In this document: in pieces, positions 1 through 7,475 of the stretch | Layout of the letters: every line of letters starts with the position of its first letter | Position numbering within the stretch: the stretch's first letter is position 1 | From: a virus | Taxonomy: Duplodnaviria > Heunggongvirae > Uroviricota > Caudoviricetes | Virus record (IMG/VR): IMGVR_UViG_2711768058_000014 | Length of the DNA: 14,974 bases | Direction: 5' to 3' (one strand) | Position numbers and translations under genes: made by a program | Notes under the pieces: generated by a model | What the model saw: only the letters and a program-made list of their open reading frames with translations | Told to the model about the DNA's origin: nothing | Databases searched by the model: none

Positions 1-1218
1 ATGAACAAACTGAGCGACACATTGCTAAGGAAACTTCATGGTAAGCCAGCGGAGAAAAACACGTTTTATAGCGATGGCGGAAATCTGAGCGTGAAATATT
101 TAACATCAGGGAAATTAACCTGGTATTTCACTTACAGGGCAGGAACGGGAAGAGAGACACGACCGGAACGTATTAAGCTGGGAAATTATCCTGATCTGAG
201 TCTGAAAGCAGCCAGGGAAAAAGCCGCCCAGTGCCGCGCATGGCTGGCTGAGGGGAAAAATCCACGTCATGAGATGAATTACACCGTACAGGAAGCGTTA
301 AAGCCCGTAACGGTTGGCGATGCGCTCACCTACTGGCTTGAGTCTTACGTAAAGGAAAACCGCGTGGATTATATCGCCCTGAAAAGGCGACTTAATAATC
401 ACGTAATACAGCAGATTGGTGCTATGCCGCTGGATAAATGCGAGCTACGGCACTGGCTGGCCTGTTTTGACCAGGTGGCAAAGCGAACGCCTGTTACTGC
501 CGGATTCGTGCTACAGGCGTGCAAACAGGCGCTTAAGTTCTGCCGTAGGCGGCGCTATGCAATCAGCAACGTTCTGGACGATCTGAACGTGGCGGACGTT
601 GGGAAAAAACCGGATATAAGCGAACGTGTCTTAAGCACCAAAGAACTGGGCGAGTTATTGCAGGCGCTGGATAAAAAAATATTTTCCCCTTACTACGTCG
701 CGTTAATCCGCCTCCTGATTGTCTTCGGAGCCAGAACGGTAGAACTGAGGTTATCGGAGATCGGGGAGTGGGATTTTACGGAAATGCTATGGACCGTTCC
801 GAAGGAGCACAGCAAAACGAAGGTCGCAATATTCCGGCCCATACCGGAAGCGATCCTGCCGTTCGTCACGCAGCTGGTGGAGCAGAACAGGCACACGGGC
901 TTATTGCTGGGGGAAGCGAAACAGGAGGCCAGCGTATCGCAGTATGGAAGATTAGCGCACAGGAGGCTTAATCATCCTCACTGGTCACTGCATGACATCC
1001 GGCGCACCTTTACAACCATGCTGAACGATTTAGGCGTTGATCCGCATGTCGTGGAGCAGCTTACAGGTCATCAGATGCCAGGAATGCAGCGAGTTTATAA
1101 TCATTCCCGTTATCTGGATGCTAAACGCAATGCGCTGGATATGTGGACGGAGCGGTTAGGGATACTGGCGGGAACACATGAAAACGTAACCACGCTACCA
1201 GTAGCCAGAAGAAAATAA
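1..1218 (+). CDS. int: P4-family tyrosine integrase
   Basis: 405 aa; N-terminal arm-binding-type region (LSDTLLRKL...FYSDGGNLSVKY...KLGNYPDLSLKAAREKA) and C-terminal catalytic region with HDIRRTF...H...Y residues typical of tyrosine recombinases; ATG at position 1. Confidence 0.9.
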   Translation: MNKLSDTLLRKLHGKPAEKNTFYSDGGNLSVKYLTSGKLTWYFTYRAGTGRETRPERIKLGNYPDLSLKAAREKAAQCRAWLAEGKNPRHEMNYTVQEALKPVTVGDALTYWLESYVKENRVDYIALKRRLNNHVIQQIGAMPLDKCELRHWLACFDQVAKRTPVTAGFVLQACKQALKFCRRRRYAISNVLDDLNVADVGKKPDISERVLSTKELGELLQALDKKIFSPYYVALIRLLIVFGARTVELRLSEIGEWDFTEMLWTVPKEHSKTKVAIFRPIPEAILPFVTQLVEQNRHTGLLLGEAKQEASVSQYGRLAHRRLNHPHWSLHDIRRTFTTMLNDLGVDPHVVEQLTGHQMPGMQRVYNHSRYLDAKRNALDMWTERLGILAGTHENVTTLPVARRK

Positions 1219-1265
1219 TTTTTTTCGTGTTTTTTCAGTATGCGCATACTGGATATGCGAACAGA

Positions 1266-1320
1266 TACAACATGCAACAATGAGCAACAATGCGGAACAA
1301 CTACGAACAAGAGACGAAAA
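1266..1320. repeat. Five to six (C/G)AACAA copies at exact 10-bp phasing
   Basis: Blocks ...tacaa / caacaa / caacaa / gaacaa / gaacaa / cgaaaa end at 1270, 1280, 1290, 1300, 1310, 1320. Confidence 0.55.
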
Positions 1321-1404
1321 AGTGTACGGATTTATAAGTAGCTGATTTTTAATGTGTTACTGGTTTTTTATACACTAGCGAATCACTCTTTAAATAGCGA
1401 GAAA

Positions 1405-1436
1405 AAAGGCATGAAACAATATTTTATGCCTTTGTA
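1405..1436. terminator. Hairpin AAGGCAT-(13 nt)-ATGCCTT flanked by A-run and T-run, possibly bidirectional
   Basis: Inverted repeat with U-rich flank read directly from sequence, between int and alpA. Confidence 0.35.
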
Positions 1437-1592
1437 TTAACATGAATTTAAATGATTTTATCCTGATTATTCCTGTTTCTGTAAACCATACGACCTCAAC
1501 ATTTGCCAACTCTGAATCATCCTGACACAATCAGACACCTCCCAACGCAATAGAACACGAAATAACTCTTTAAGAAACGAAAGGGGGCAATA

Positions 1593-1781
1593 GTGTTAAG
1601 CACTGATCGGTTTATACGTGAAAAAGAATGCGAAAAGCTAACAGGCCTTAGCCGCTCATGCCGCTACCGCCTGGAAAAGGCCGGACAATTCCCATCACGT
1701 CGTAAACTTGGCGGTCGTTCCGTTGGCTGGTCTTTATCCGAGGTTCTGGCCTGGAAGGATAGCTGCAAGGCAGTTCATTAA
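1593..1781 (+). CDS. alpA: AlpA-family transcriptional regulator (MerR-like helix-turn-helix)
   Basis: 62 aa; KLTGLSRSCRYRLEKAGQFPSRRKLGGRSVGWSLSEVLAW matches the AlpA pattern; GTG start preceded by AAGGGGG ribosome-binding site. Confidence 0.8.
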   Translation: MLSTDRFIREKECEKLTGLSRSCRYRLEKAGQFPSRRKLGGRSVGWSLSEVLAWKDSCKAVH

Positions 1782-2045
1782 TCACGCTGGCGGCACGCAG
1801 CCGCCACACATCCACTAATACAGAGATATAACCATGAAGATTGAATATGCGCCCGAACGTGGGCGGGGATTCGTTCGCCCTGGTGAAACTGAAAAACAAC
1901 AAAATTGGGGTTTATCAGGAATAAAAAAAGCGGCCCCGAAATGGAGCCGCCTTTCTGAACAGATAACCCGCTGCGCCGTTTGTGTGTGTGATCCCAAACA
2001 TAAGAACGGCAATGATAGTCGCTATCAGGCTGGTGGGCAATGTTA

Positions 2046-2219
2046 TCAGTCTGGTTCAGTTCGTTGCCATACCTGCAATGAGCGCTTTTCCCTGTACTCT
2101 TTAAGGAATTGCTCAAGGGCAAAAGCACATGGCGCGAATCTTTCTGATTCATGCTCTATCTTTCTGCGCCGTCTTTTCCGTGCCGGTGATAATGTTTTGG
2201 TCAATTCTTTATCGGTCAT
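2046..2219 (-). CDS. Small basic hypothetical protein (57 aa, ARKRRRRK stretch)
   Basis: ORF downstream of the RHH gene on the same strand; AGGA 7 nt upstream of the internal ATG at 2219; possible terminator hairpin at 1930-1950 with T-run on the minus strand. Confidence 0.4.
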   Translation of the reverse strand: MTDKELTKTLSPARKRRRRKIEHESERFAPCAFALEQFLKEYREKRSLQVWQRTEPD

Positions 2220-2276
2220 TGTGTTGTCCTGCATAGCAATGCGCCGTAGTACCTCACACCACGGCGCTGGTGATGG

Positions 2277-2456
2277 TTACTCCTGCTCTTTGGCCTTGCG
2301 GCGCTGGCGGCGTTTGATTTCGCCTTTAACGGCAGTAACTATAAATTGCGCTTTGCTTTCACCTTCATCTAAATTTTTTTCTAAGTCTGCAACAACATCA
2401 TGCGGGAATCTGGCATTTAACTGTTGCGACTTATTATTTGTTGAACCTGTTGCCAT
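2277..2456 (-). CDS. Ribbon-helix-helix (Arc/CopG-like) DNA-binding protein, candidate repressor
   Basis: 59 aa from ATG at 2456, preceded by GAGAGGA; predicted beta-strand QQLNARFPHDVV followed by two helices; faces a divergent intergenic region. Confidence 0.6.
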   Translation of the reverse strand: MATGSTNNKSQQLNARFPHDVVADLEKNLDEGESKAQFIVTAVKGEIKRRQRRKAKEQE

Positions 2457-2477
2457 TACAGAATCCTCTCTAAGTTG

Positions 2478-2568
2478 GTGCGATTCAGTATACACAAAAA
2501 AAATTCAGAGAAAAAGGCTTGAAGTGCGATTCACTTGCTGATAGGTTAAAAACAGATGGTGCGATGCA
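2478..2568. promoter_or_regulatory. Three copies of GTGCGAT(T/G)CA in the divergent promoter region, candidate operators
   Basis: Copies at 2478-2487, 2524-2533 (inside AAGTG-cgatt-CACTT) and 2559-2568 (inside GGTGC-gat-GCACC). Confidence 0.45.
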
Positions 2569-2640
2569 CCAAATAACAACACCCCGCAGTGCGGGAACAC
2601 ATACGGGGCGTCTAACCAACAACGTAAACTAGGAGCCGTT

Positions 2641-2841
2641 ATGGTTGCCGTAAATCATATACCACACCTTGTACACACACAAACGGCCTTTGTGTGGCGT
2701 TTTCTGGCACTGAGTGCCGGAGAATCTCAAATCATCCACGTAACCGCCTGGACGGAACGCGAAGCGCGTAGCCGTTGCCCGTCCGGTTGTGTTGCTGTAT
2801 TCGCCGCCCGTATTCGTCAGGAGGTGTGCCATGTGCAATAA
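2641..2841 (+). CDS. Hypothetical small protein (66 aa), possible first gene of the replication operon
   Basis: AGGAG 5 nt upstream of ATG; stop overlaps the next start; composition unremarkable, so uncertain. Confidence 0.35.
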   Translation: MVAVNHIPHLVHTQTAFVWRFLALSAGESQIIHVTAWTEREARSRCPSGCVAVFAARIRQEVCHVQ

Positions 2842-3070
2842 AACCACACCGGACGCAGCAGCCGCCGCGCTCACTACGCTGATGCACGCGCTTATTGATA
2901 TTTCTGTTATTGCTGACAGGGCGCATAAGCACGCCACCAATGAAACAGAATATGCCGGGGCTTTCGTTCCTCATTCGCTGGCGGTTATGCAACTTAGTGC
3001 TGATATGGCGCTGAATGAGGATAAAGCCATCCTGATTGCTGATTGTGAAAATGGGGGTGGTTATGCGTGA
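2831..3070 (+). CDS. Hypothetical small helical protein (79 aa)
   Basis: AGGAGG ribosome-binding site then ATG at 2831; stop overlaps the next start in ATGCGTGA. Confidence 0.55.
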   Translation: MCNKTTPDAAAAALTTLMHALIDISVIADRAHKHATNETEYAGAFVPHSLAVMQLSADMALNEDKAILIADCENGGGYA

Positions 3071-3296
3071 TGATCGTTTTAATTCCCTGAAACAGGAATT
3101 TTCCGGCGTTCCTGATGATGCGGCTGATGCGCTTTCGTCAATGCCAGAGCTTATTAGAGCGGCTTTTTTCTTACTTTCCACGAGAGAATATAAATCAACG
3201 GGGCTTGATGTACTGAATATCGCCGCCGATTATGCGGAATATGTGGCAGAGGCGCATTACAGAAGAAAATTTCCTGAGGATGTAAGCCATGCGTGA
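3063..3296 (+). CDS. Hypothetical small protein (77 aa, starts MRD)
   Basis: GGGGGTGG ribosome-binding site; ATGCGTGA overlaps at both ends (translational coupling). Confidence 0.55.
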   Translation: MRDDRFNSLKQEFSGVPDDAADALSSMPELIRAAFFLLSTREYKSTGLDVLNIAADYAEYVAEAHYRRKFPEDVSHA

Positions 3297-3522
3297 TATT
3301 TACCACGAAACAATATACCGTGCATCACTTGCACTTTCTCACAGTGAAAGCATGATGGAAATATTGCGGATGTGCCTTGAATCCTTTGGCGATAATGAAC
3401 GTAATGCAAAAAAAACGCGGATTATTACATCATTAATAACGCTTCTTGAGCCTGTAATAAATGAGTTGCAGGAAATAGAGACATTGCACGACAGATATAA
3501 CGAACAGCACACCGGAGAATAA
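3289..3522 (+). CDS. Hypothetical small protein (77 aa, starts MRD)
   Basis: Start embedded in the same ATGCGTGAT junction as the preceding gene. Confidence 0.55.
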   Translation: MRDIYHETIYRASLALSHSESMMEILRMCLESFGDNERNAKKTRIITSLITLLEPVINELQEIETLHDRYNEQHTGE

Positions 3523-3527
3523 AAATA

Positions 3528-3827
3528 ATGAAACTTAAATATTCTGGCTTAACTGCCAGTGGCAACACTCACCCTAAATTTACGCGCGGTGATATTTACC
3601 GCGACCAGTACGGCGGCACGGTAATGATTAAGGGCGTGGAAGAACGGCGCGTAACCTACCGCCGTGAAGGCTACGAATATGACTGCGTGATGCCTGTTTA
3701 TCAGTTCCGGCGTGATTTTTCTCTGGTACAGGCAGCGCCCCGCAGTAAACCAACCAGCAGGGAGAAAGCACGCGCCAATATTCAGGAAATAAAAAAGATA
3801 CTTAACGTATTCAGGGGTAAAAAATGA
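3528..3827 (+). CDS. Hypothetical protein (99 aa)
   Basis: ATG 6 nt after the previous stop; its stop overlaps the primase start (ATGA). Confidence 0.6.
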   Translation: MKLKYSGLTASGNTHPKFTRGDIYRDQYGGTVMIKGVEERRVTYRREGYEYDCVMPVYQFRRDFSLVQAAPRSKPTSREKARANIQEIKKILNVFRGKK

Positions 3828-5578
3828 AACTGGCACCGAACGTAAAACAGCAGTCACGCGGCATAAAACACAAAGAAACAGAAGTCATTATTTTTGCGGG
3901 TAGTGATGCCTGGTCACACGCGAAACAATGGCAGGAACATGATGCGCGTATGGCCGGAGATAATGAGCCTCCTGTGTGGCTTGGGGAGCAGCAGCTATCC
4001 GAACTGGATAATCTGCAAATTGTGCCGGAAGGCCGAAAATCAGCACGCATATACAGGGCCGGATATCTTGCGCCAGTAATGATAAAGGCGATTGGCCAGA
4101 AGCTGGCGGCGGCAGGCGTACAGGATGCAAATTTTTACCCTGATGGTATGCACGGTCAGAAGGTGGAGAACTGGCGCGAATATCTGGCCCGTGAGCGCCA
4201 GAATCTTTCTGATGGTCTGGTCATTGAGCTTCCGGTAAAGCAAAAGGCGCAACTTTCGCAGATGGCGGACAGTGAGCGCGCGCAGCTGCTTGCCGATCGC
4301 TTTGATGGCGTTTGCGTACATCCTGAAAGTGAAATCGTTCACGTATGGCGCGGCGGGGTATGGTGTCCGGTCAGCACAATGGAACTTAGCCGCGAAATGG
4401 TGGCGATCTATTCAGAGCACAGGGCCACTTTCAGCAAGCGCGTAATCAATAACGCCGTGGAAGCGTTAAAAGTTATTGCCGAACCAATGGGCGAGCCGTC
4501 CGGCGATTTGCTGCCGTTCGCCAATGGTGCGCTTGACCTGAAAACGGGGGAATTTTCCCCGCACACGCCGGAGAACTGGATCACCACGCACAACGGCATT
4601 GAGTACACGCCACCAGCACCAGGGGAGAACATCCGCGATAACGCGCCAAACTTTCATAAATGGCTTGAGCACGCAGCCGGAAAAGACCCGCGCAAGATGA
4701 TGCGTATATGTGCCGCGCTGTACATGATTATGGCGAACCGGTACGACTGGCAGATGTTTATTGAGGCCACCGGAGATGGCGGGAGCGGTAAAAGTACATT
4801 CACGCACATAGCCAGCCTTCTGGCAGGGAAACAGAACACGGTAAGCGCTGAAATGACGTCGCTTGATGATGCTGGTGGACGTGCGCAGGTTGTCGGGAGT
4901 CGTCTTATCGTCCTGGCTGACCAGCCGAAATATACAGGCGAAGGAACGGGCATCAAGAAAATCACGGGCGGTGACCCCGTGGAAATTAACCCGAAATACG
5001 AAAAGCGTTTCACGGCTGTAATCAGGGCGGTGGTGCTGGCGACCAACAATAACCCGATGATATTCACCGAACGGGCCGGAGGTGTGGCACGTCGTCGCGT
5101 GATTTTCCGTTTCGACAATATCGTCAGTGAGGCCGACAAAGACAGGGAGCTACCGGAAAAGATCGCGGCTGAAATCCCTGTCATTATCCGCCGATTGCTG
5201 GCGAACTTTACCGACCCTGAGAAGGCACGGGCTTTACTACTGGAACAGCGTGACGGTGATGAAGCTCTGGCAATAAAGCAACAGACGGATCCGGTTATTG
5301 AGTTTTGCCAGTTCCTGAATTTTCTGGAGGAAGCACGCGGCCTGATGATGGGCGGCGGTGGCGATTCAGTGAAGTACACGACCAGAAACAGCCTTTACCG
5401 CGTCTATCTGGCGTTTATGGCGTACGCAGGCAGGAGCAAACCGCTAAACGTAAATGACTTTGGCAAGGCTATGAAGCCAGCCGCGAAAGTTTACGGACAT
5501 GAATATATTACGCGGAAAGTTAAGGGAGTAACGCAGACTAACGCAATAACAACAGACGAGTGCGACGCGTTTTTATAA
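3824..5578 (+). CDS. P4-family primase / D5-type NTPase replication initiator (pri-rep)
   Basis: 584 aa; Walker A GDGGSGKST about residue 320 followed by a Walker B-like hydrophobic stretch ending LIVLAD; region resembles the phage/plasmid primase P4 C-terminal domain; iterons immediately downstream. Confidence 0.85.
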   Translation: MKLAPNVKQQSRGIKHKETEVIIFAGSDAWSHAKQWQEHDARMAGDNEPPVWLGEQQLSELDNLQIVPEGRKSARIYRAGYLAPVMIKAIGQKLAAAGVQDANFYPDGMHGQKVENWREYLARERQNLSDGLVIELPVKQKAQLSQMADSERAQLLADRFDGVCVHPESEIVHVWRGGVWCPVSTMELSREMVAIYSEHRATFSKRVINNAVEALKVIAEPMGEPSGDLLPFANGALDLKTGEFSPHTPENWITTHNGIEYTPPAPGENIRDNAPNFHKWLEHAAGKDPRKMMRICAALYMIMANRYDWQMFIEATGDGGSGKSTFTHIASLLAGKQNTVSAEMTSLDDAGGRAQVVGSRLIVLADQPKYTGEGTGIKKITGGDPVEINPKYEKRFTAVIRAVVLATNNNPMIFTERAGGVARRRVIFRFDNIVSEADKDRELPEKIAAEIPVIIRRLLANFTDPEKARALLLEQRDGDEALAIKQQTDPVIEFCQFLNFLEEARGLMMGGGGDSVKYTTRNSLYRVYLAFMAYAGRSKPLNVNDFGKAMKPAAKVYGHEYITRKVKGVTQTNAITTDECDAFL

Positions 5579-5593
5579 TTTTTTGTAATTGCT

Positions 5594-5817
5594 GTCTACC
5601 CTGTCTACCTGAGTAAAGAAAAATACATTTAATTCAGTGCATTAAGTTAGGTAGATAGCCTTTTTTTACTGTCTACCCACTATCTACCCTCTCTACCTGA
5701 TTTTACCTGAATCAGACAGGGAGGTAGACACGGGGTAGATAGTGGATAAAAGCACTCTACCCCGCTGAAAGCCGCGCCATTACTGGTATGAGGGCCACTA
5801 AGGTAGATAAGGTAGAC
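5594..5817. repeat. Replication origin iterons: about 11 copies of heptamer (G/A/C)TCTACC in both orientations, with an AT-rich spacer
   Basis: GTCTACC at 5594, 5603, 5671; ATCTACC 5682; CTCTACC 5691, 5755; inverted GGTAGA(C/T) at 5650, 5723, 5734, 5802, 5811; AT-rich stretch 5620-5670. Confidence 0.7.
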
Positions 5818-5866
5818 AAGGGGAGGCACAACTCAAAACTTTTTAAACGAGGGGGTAAAAATAAAT

Positions 5867-6145
5867 ATGCACACTTCAGGGAAATTTAATAAATCACTCA
5901 AAAAACGCAGAGACAGAACAGAACCGAAATATCGCGCGTTAGACATGACAGAGCACGCTTTAAAGGTGGCAATCAGAACGATAGACCGCCACGCGGGGGA
6001 AGGATACGCGAAAGCACATCCCGAACTGATAAGCGCATTCATGACCACGACGGCGGCAAATTTTGCCACGCTGACAGAGCGGGAGATTGCCGAAGCGGAA
6101 CAGGTAACAACCATCAACGTTAAAACCGGAGAGGTGGAATCATGA
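5867..6145 (+). CDS. Hypothetical protein (92 aa)
   Basis: GAGGGGG ribosome-binding site; ATGA overlap with the downstream SSB-like gene. Confidence 0.55.
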   Translation: MHTSGKFNKSLKKRRDRTEPKYRALDMTEHALKVAIRTIDRHAGEGYAKAHPELISAFMTTTAANFATLTEREIAEAEQVTTINVKTGEVES

Positions 6146-6552
6146 CAGCACAGATAGCAGCTTACGGGCGGCTGGTGGACGACCCGCAGGTAAAACAGAC
6201 CAGCAAGGGTACACCGATGACGCTGGCGCGTATGGCGGTATCGCTGCCATGTAGTCAGGCGCAGGATGGGCAGGCGACGTTATGGCTATCGGTCATCGCA
6301 TTTGGTAAGCAGGCCGACTTCCTGGCTAAACATCAAAAAGGCGACGTTGCCAGCGTATCCGGCACGATGCAGGTCAGCCAGTGTACCGGACAGAATGGGG
6401 AAACGCGGCAGGGTTATCAGGTTATTGCAGACAGCGTAATCAGTGCCCGTGCGGCACTTCCTGGCGGGAACAGACGCAAAACCACAGGCACACAGGGTAA
6501 TCAGCCACCAGCGGGAGGCGATGACCCTTACGGTGACGGTATTCCGTTCTGA
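6142..6552 (+). CDS. Divergent single-stranded-DNA-binding (SSB)-like protein
   Basis: 136 aa; OB-fold-like N-terminal part (AAYGRLVDDPQVKQT...LWLSVIAFGKQADFLAKH...), Gly/Pro/Gln-rich linker and acidic tail ending DDPYGDGIPF (compare SSB DDDIPF). Confidence 0.7.
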   Translation: MTAQIAAYGRLVDDPQVKQTSKGTPMTLARMAVSLPCSQAQDGQATLWLSVIAFGKQADFLAKHQKGDVASVSGTMQVSQCTGQNGETRQGYQVIADSVISARAALPGGNRRKTTGTQGNQPPAGGDDPYGDGIPF

Positions 6553-6562
6553 GGGGGTGGCG

Positions 6563-6835
6563 ATGGTACATGACCGCATAGCGGAAGAACTCGAGGCGAA
6601 AGGCTTTTACCGGAGGGCGGCGGCGCGATGGGGTGAAGTCATGCTGCTGGTGGAGACAGACAAGGAACGGCATCAGGTTACGATGCGACGGCTGGAATGT
6701 TCCAGGAAGGCACAGAAGCCACCGGAGCCGCCGGATAACTTCGGAGACCTGAGAAAGGCAGTAGATCGCACTTATGCTGAAATGGGTATAGATGGTGTAA
6801 GCGATGAAATATGGCGTAATTACCCAGACAGCTAA
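6563..6835 (+). CDS. PerC-like small transcriptional regulator (tentative)
   Basis: 90 aa from ATG after GAGGGGGTGG; N-terminal MVHDRIAEELEAKGFYRRAAARWGEV recalled as PerC-family-like; not verified. Confidence 0.45.
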   Translation: MVHDRIAEELEAKGFYRRAAARWGEVMLLVETDKERHQVTMRRLECSRKAQKPPEPPDNFGDLRKAVDRTYAEMGIDGVSDEIWRNYPDS

Positions 6836-6840
6836 TCAAC

Positions 6841-6865
6841 AGCCGGAGAAATCCGGCTTTTTTTG
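6841..6865 (+). terminator. Rho-independent terminator (AGCCGGA-gaaa-TCCGGCT then T7)
   Basis: Perfect 7-bp GC-rich stem, 4-nt loop and U-tract directly after the PerC-like gene. Confidence 0.7.
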
Positions 6866-6959
6866 CACCAGTTGAAACGGTATGGTGCATTACCGGGTTT
6901 TCGTCACGGTCAGGCATAGTTACTATCTGAAACAAACAGACACAACAGAGGAAAAAACA

Positions 6960-7184
6960 ATGCCGATGAAATTTGATGAGATATTAAAACAGCGTGATAA
7001 ATACCATGCTGACAACATGGAGACGATGAGCATCAATGATTACCGCGCATTCCTGGAGACGGGCGCACTGATTGAAAAGGATCAGCATGGTTTTGTGAGA
7101 TGTGCTCTATCCGGTGAAATGCTGGCGGTAAATCCTGAACAGATAGATGCATTGATAGAATTTCTGAAAGGGATCAGGGACTGA
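6960..7184 (+). CDS. Hypothetical small protein (74 aa), cassette-like ORF between identical terminators
   Basis: GAGG ribosome-binding site; flanked by 24-bp identical terminator repeats. Confidence 0.5.
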   Translation: MPMKFDEILKQRDKYHADNMETMSINDYRAFLETGALIEKDQHGFVRCALSGEMLAVNPEQIDALIEFLKGIRD

Positions 7185-7194
7185 GCACCCATAC

Positions 7195-7218
7195 AGCCGG
7201 AGAAATCCGGCTTTTTGT
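7195..7218 (+). terminator. Second copy of the same terminator hairpin
   Basis: acagccggagaaatccggcttttt is identical at 6839-6862 and 7193-7216. Confidence 0.65.
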
Positions 7219-7438
7219 CATTTTTTGTAAATTATTTGTTCGTGGTTGTTCCACGTTGTTCACTGAGCGGATCGGCATATTTTACCCGAACTGAATCATG
7301 ATTATTCTCGCCCGTGGTGCCAGGACGCTGGGGCCACTTTTCCGCCTGTTAATGTTCTCGCCAATATTCATTACCAGGCGGGAAAACGATCGGTGCGATT
7401 GCTGATTTCCTTATGAAAAACGGTTGAGTTTTTGCCGC

Positions 7439-7475
7439 GTCCTGGAGTTCCTTACTTAACCCCAGGACTTTTTTT
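7439..7475 (+). terminator. Terminator-like hairpin GTCCTGG-(16 nt)-CCAGGAC plus T7, ending at the capsid ATG
   Basis: 7-bp stem at 7439-7445 and 7462-7468, U-tract 7469-7475, ATG at 7476; no Shine-Dalgarno sequence. Confidence 0.5.

Noticed and set aside
1981-1990. (TG)5 dinucleotide run
   Set aside because: Too short to count as a meaningful microsatellite or phase-variation tract
2046-2456. Toxin-antitoxin pair (RHH antitoxin plus downstream toxin)
   Set aside because: The gene order and the highly basic 57-aa partner do not resemble a toxin fold I recognise; repressor role kept as the working hypothesis, TA not excluded
1834-2541. 235-aa plus-strand ORF spanning the alpA-RHH interval
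   Set aside because: It lies antisense to the minus-strand RHH gene and its partner, which have good ribosome-binding sites; the product is Cys/Ser/Arg-rich with no start signal, so it is most likely a shadow frame
2629-3181. Minus-strand ORFs of 103 and 149 aa opposite the small-gene operon
   Set aside because: The plus-strand genes show ribosome-binding sites and stop/start coupling; the minus frames do not
4654-5379. 241-aa minus-strand ORF inside the primase gene
   Set aside because: Antisense shadow ORF within a well-supported Walker-motif CDS; low-complexity Ser/Ala/Arg composition
5594-5817. Possible CRISPR array
   Set aside because: The repeats are 7-bp units in both orientations without regular unique spacers: iterons, not CRISPR
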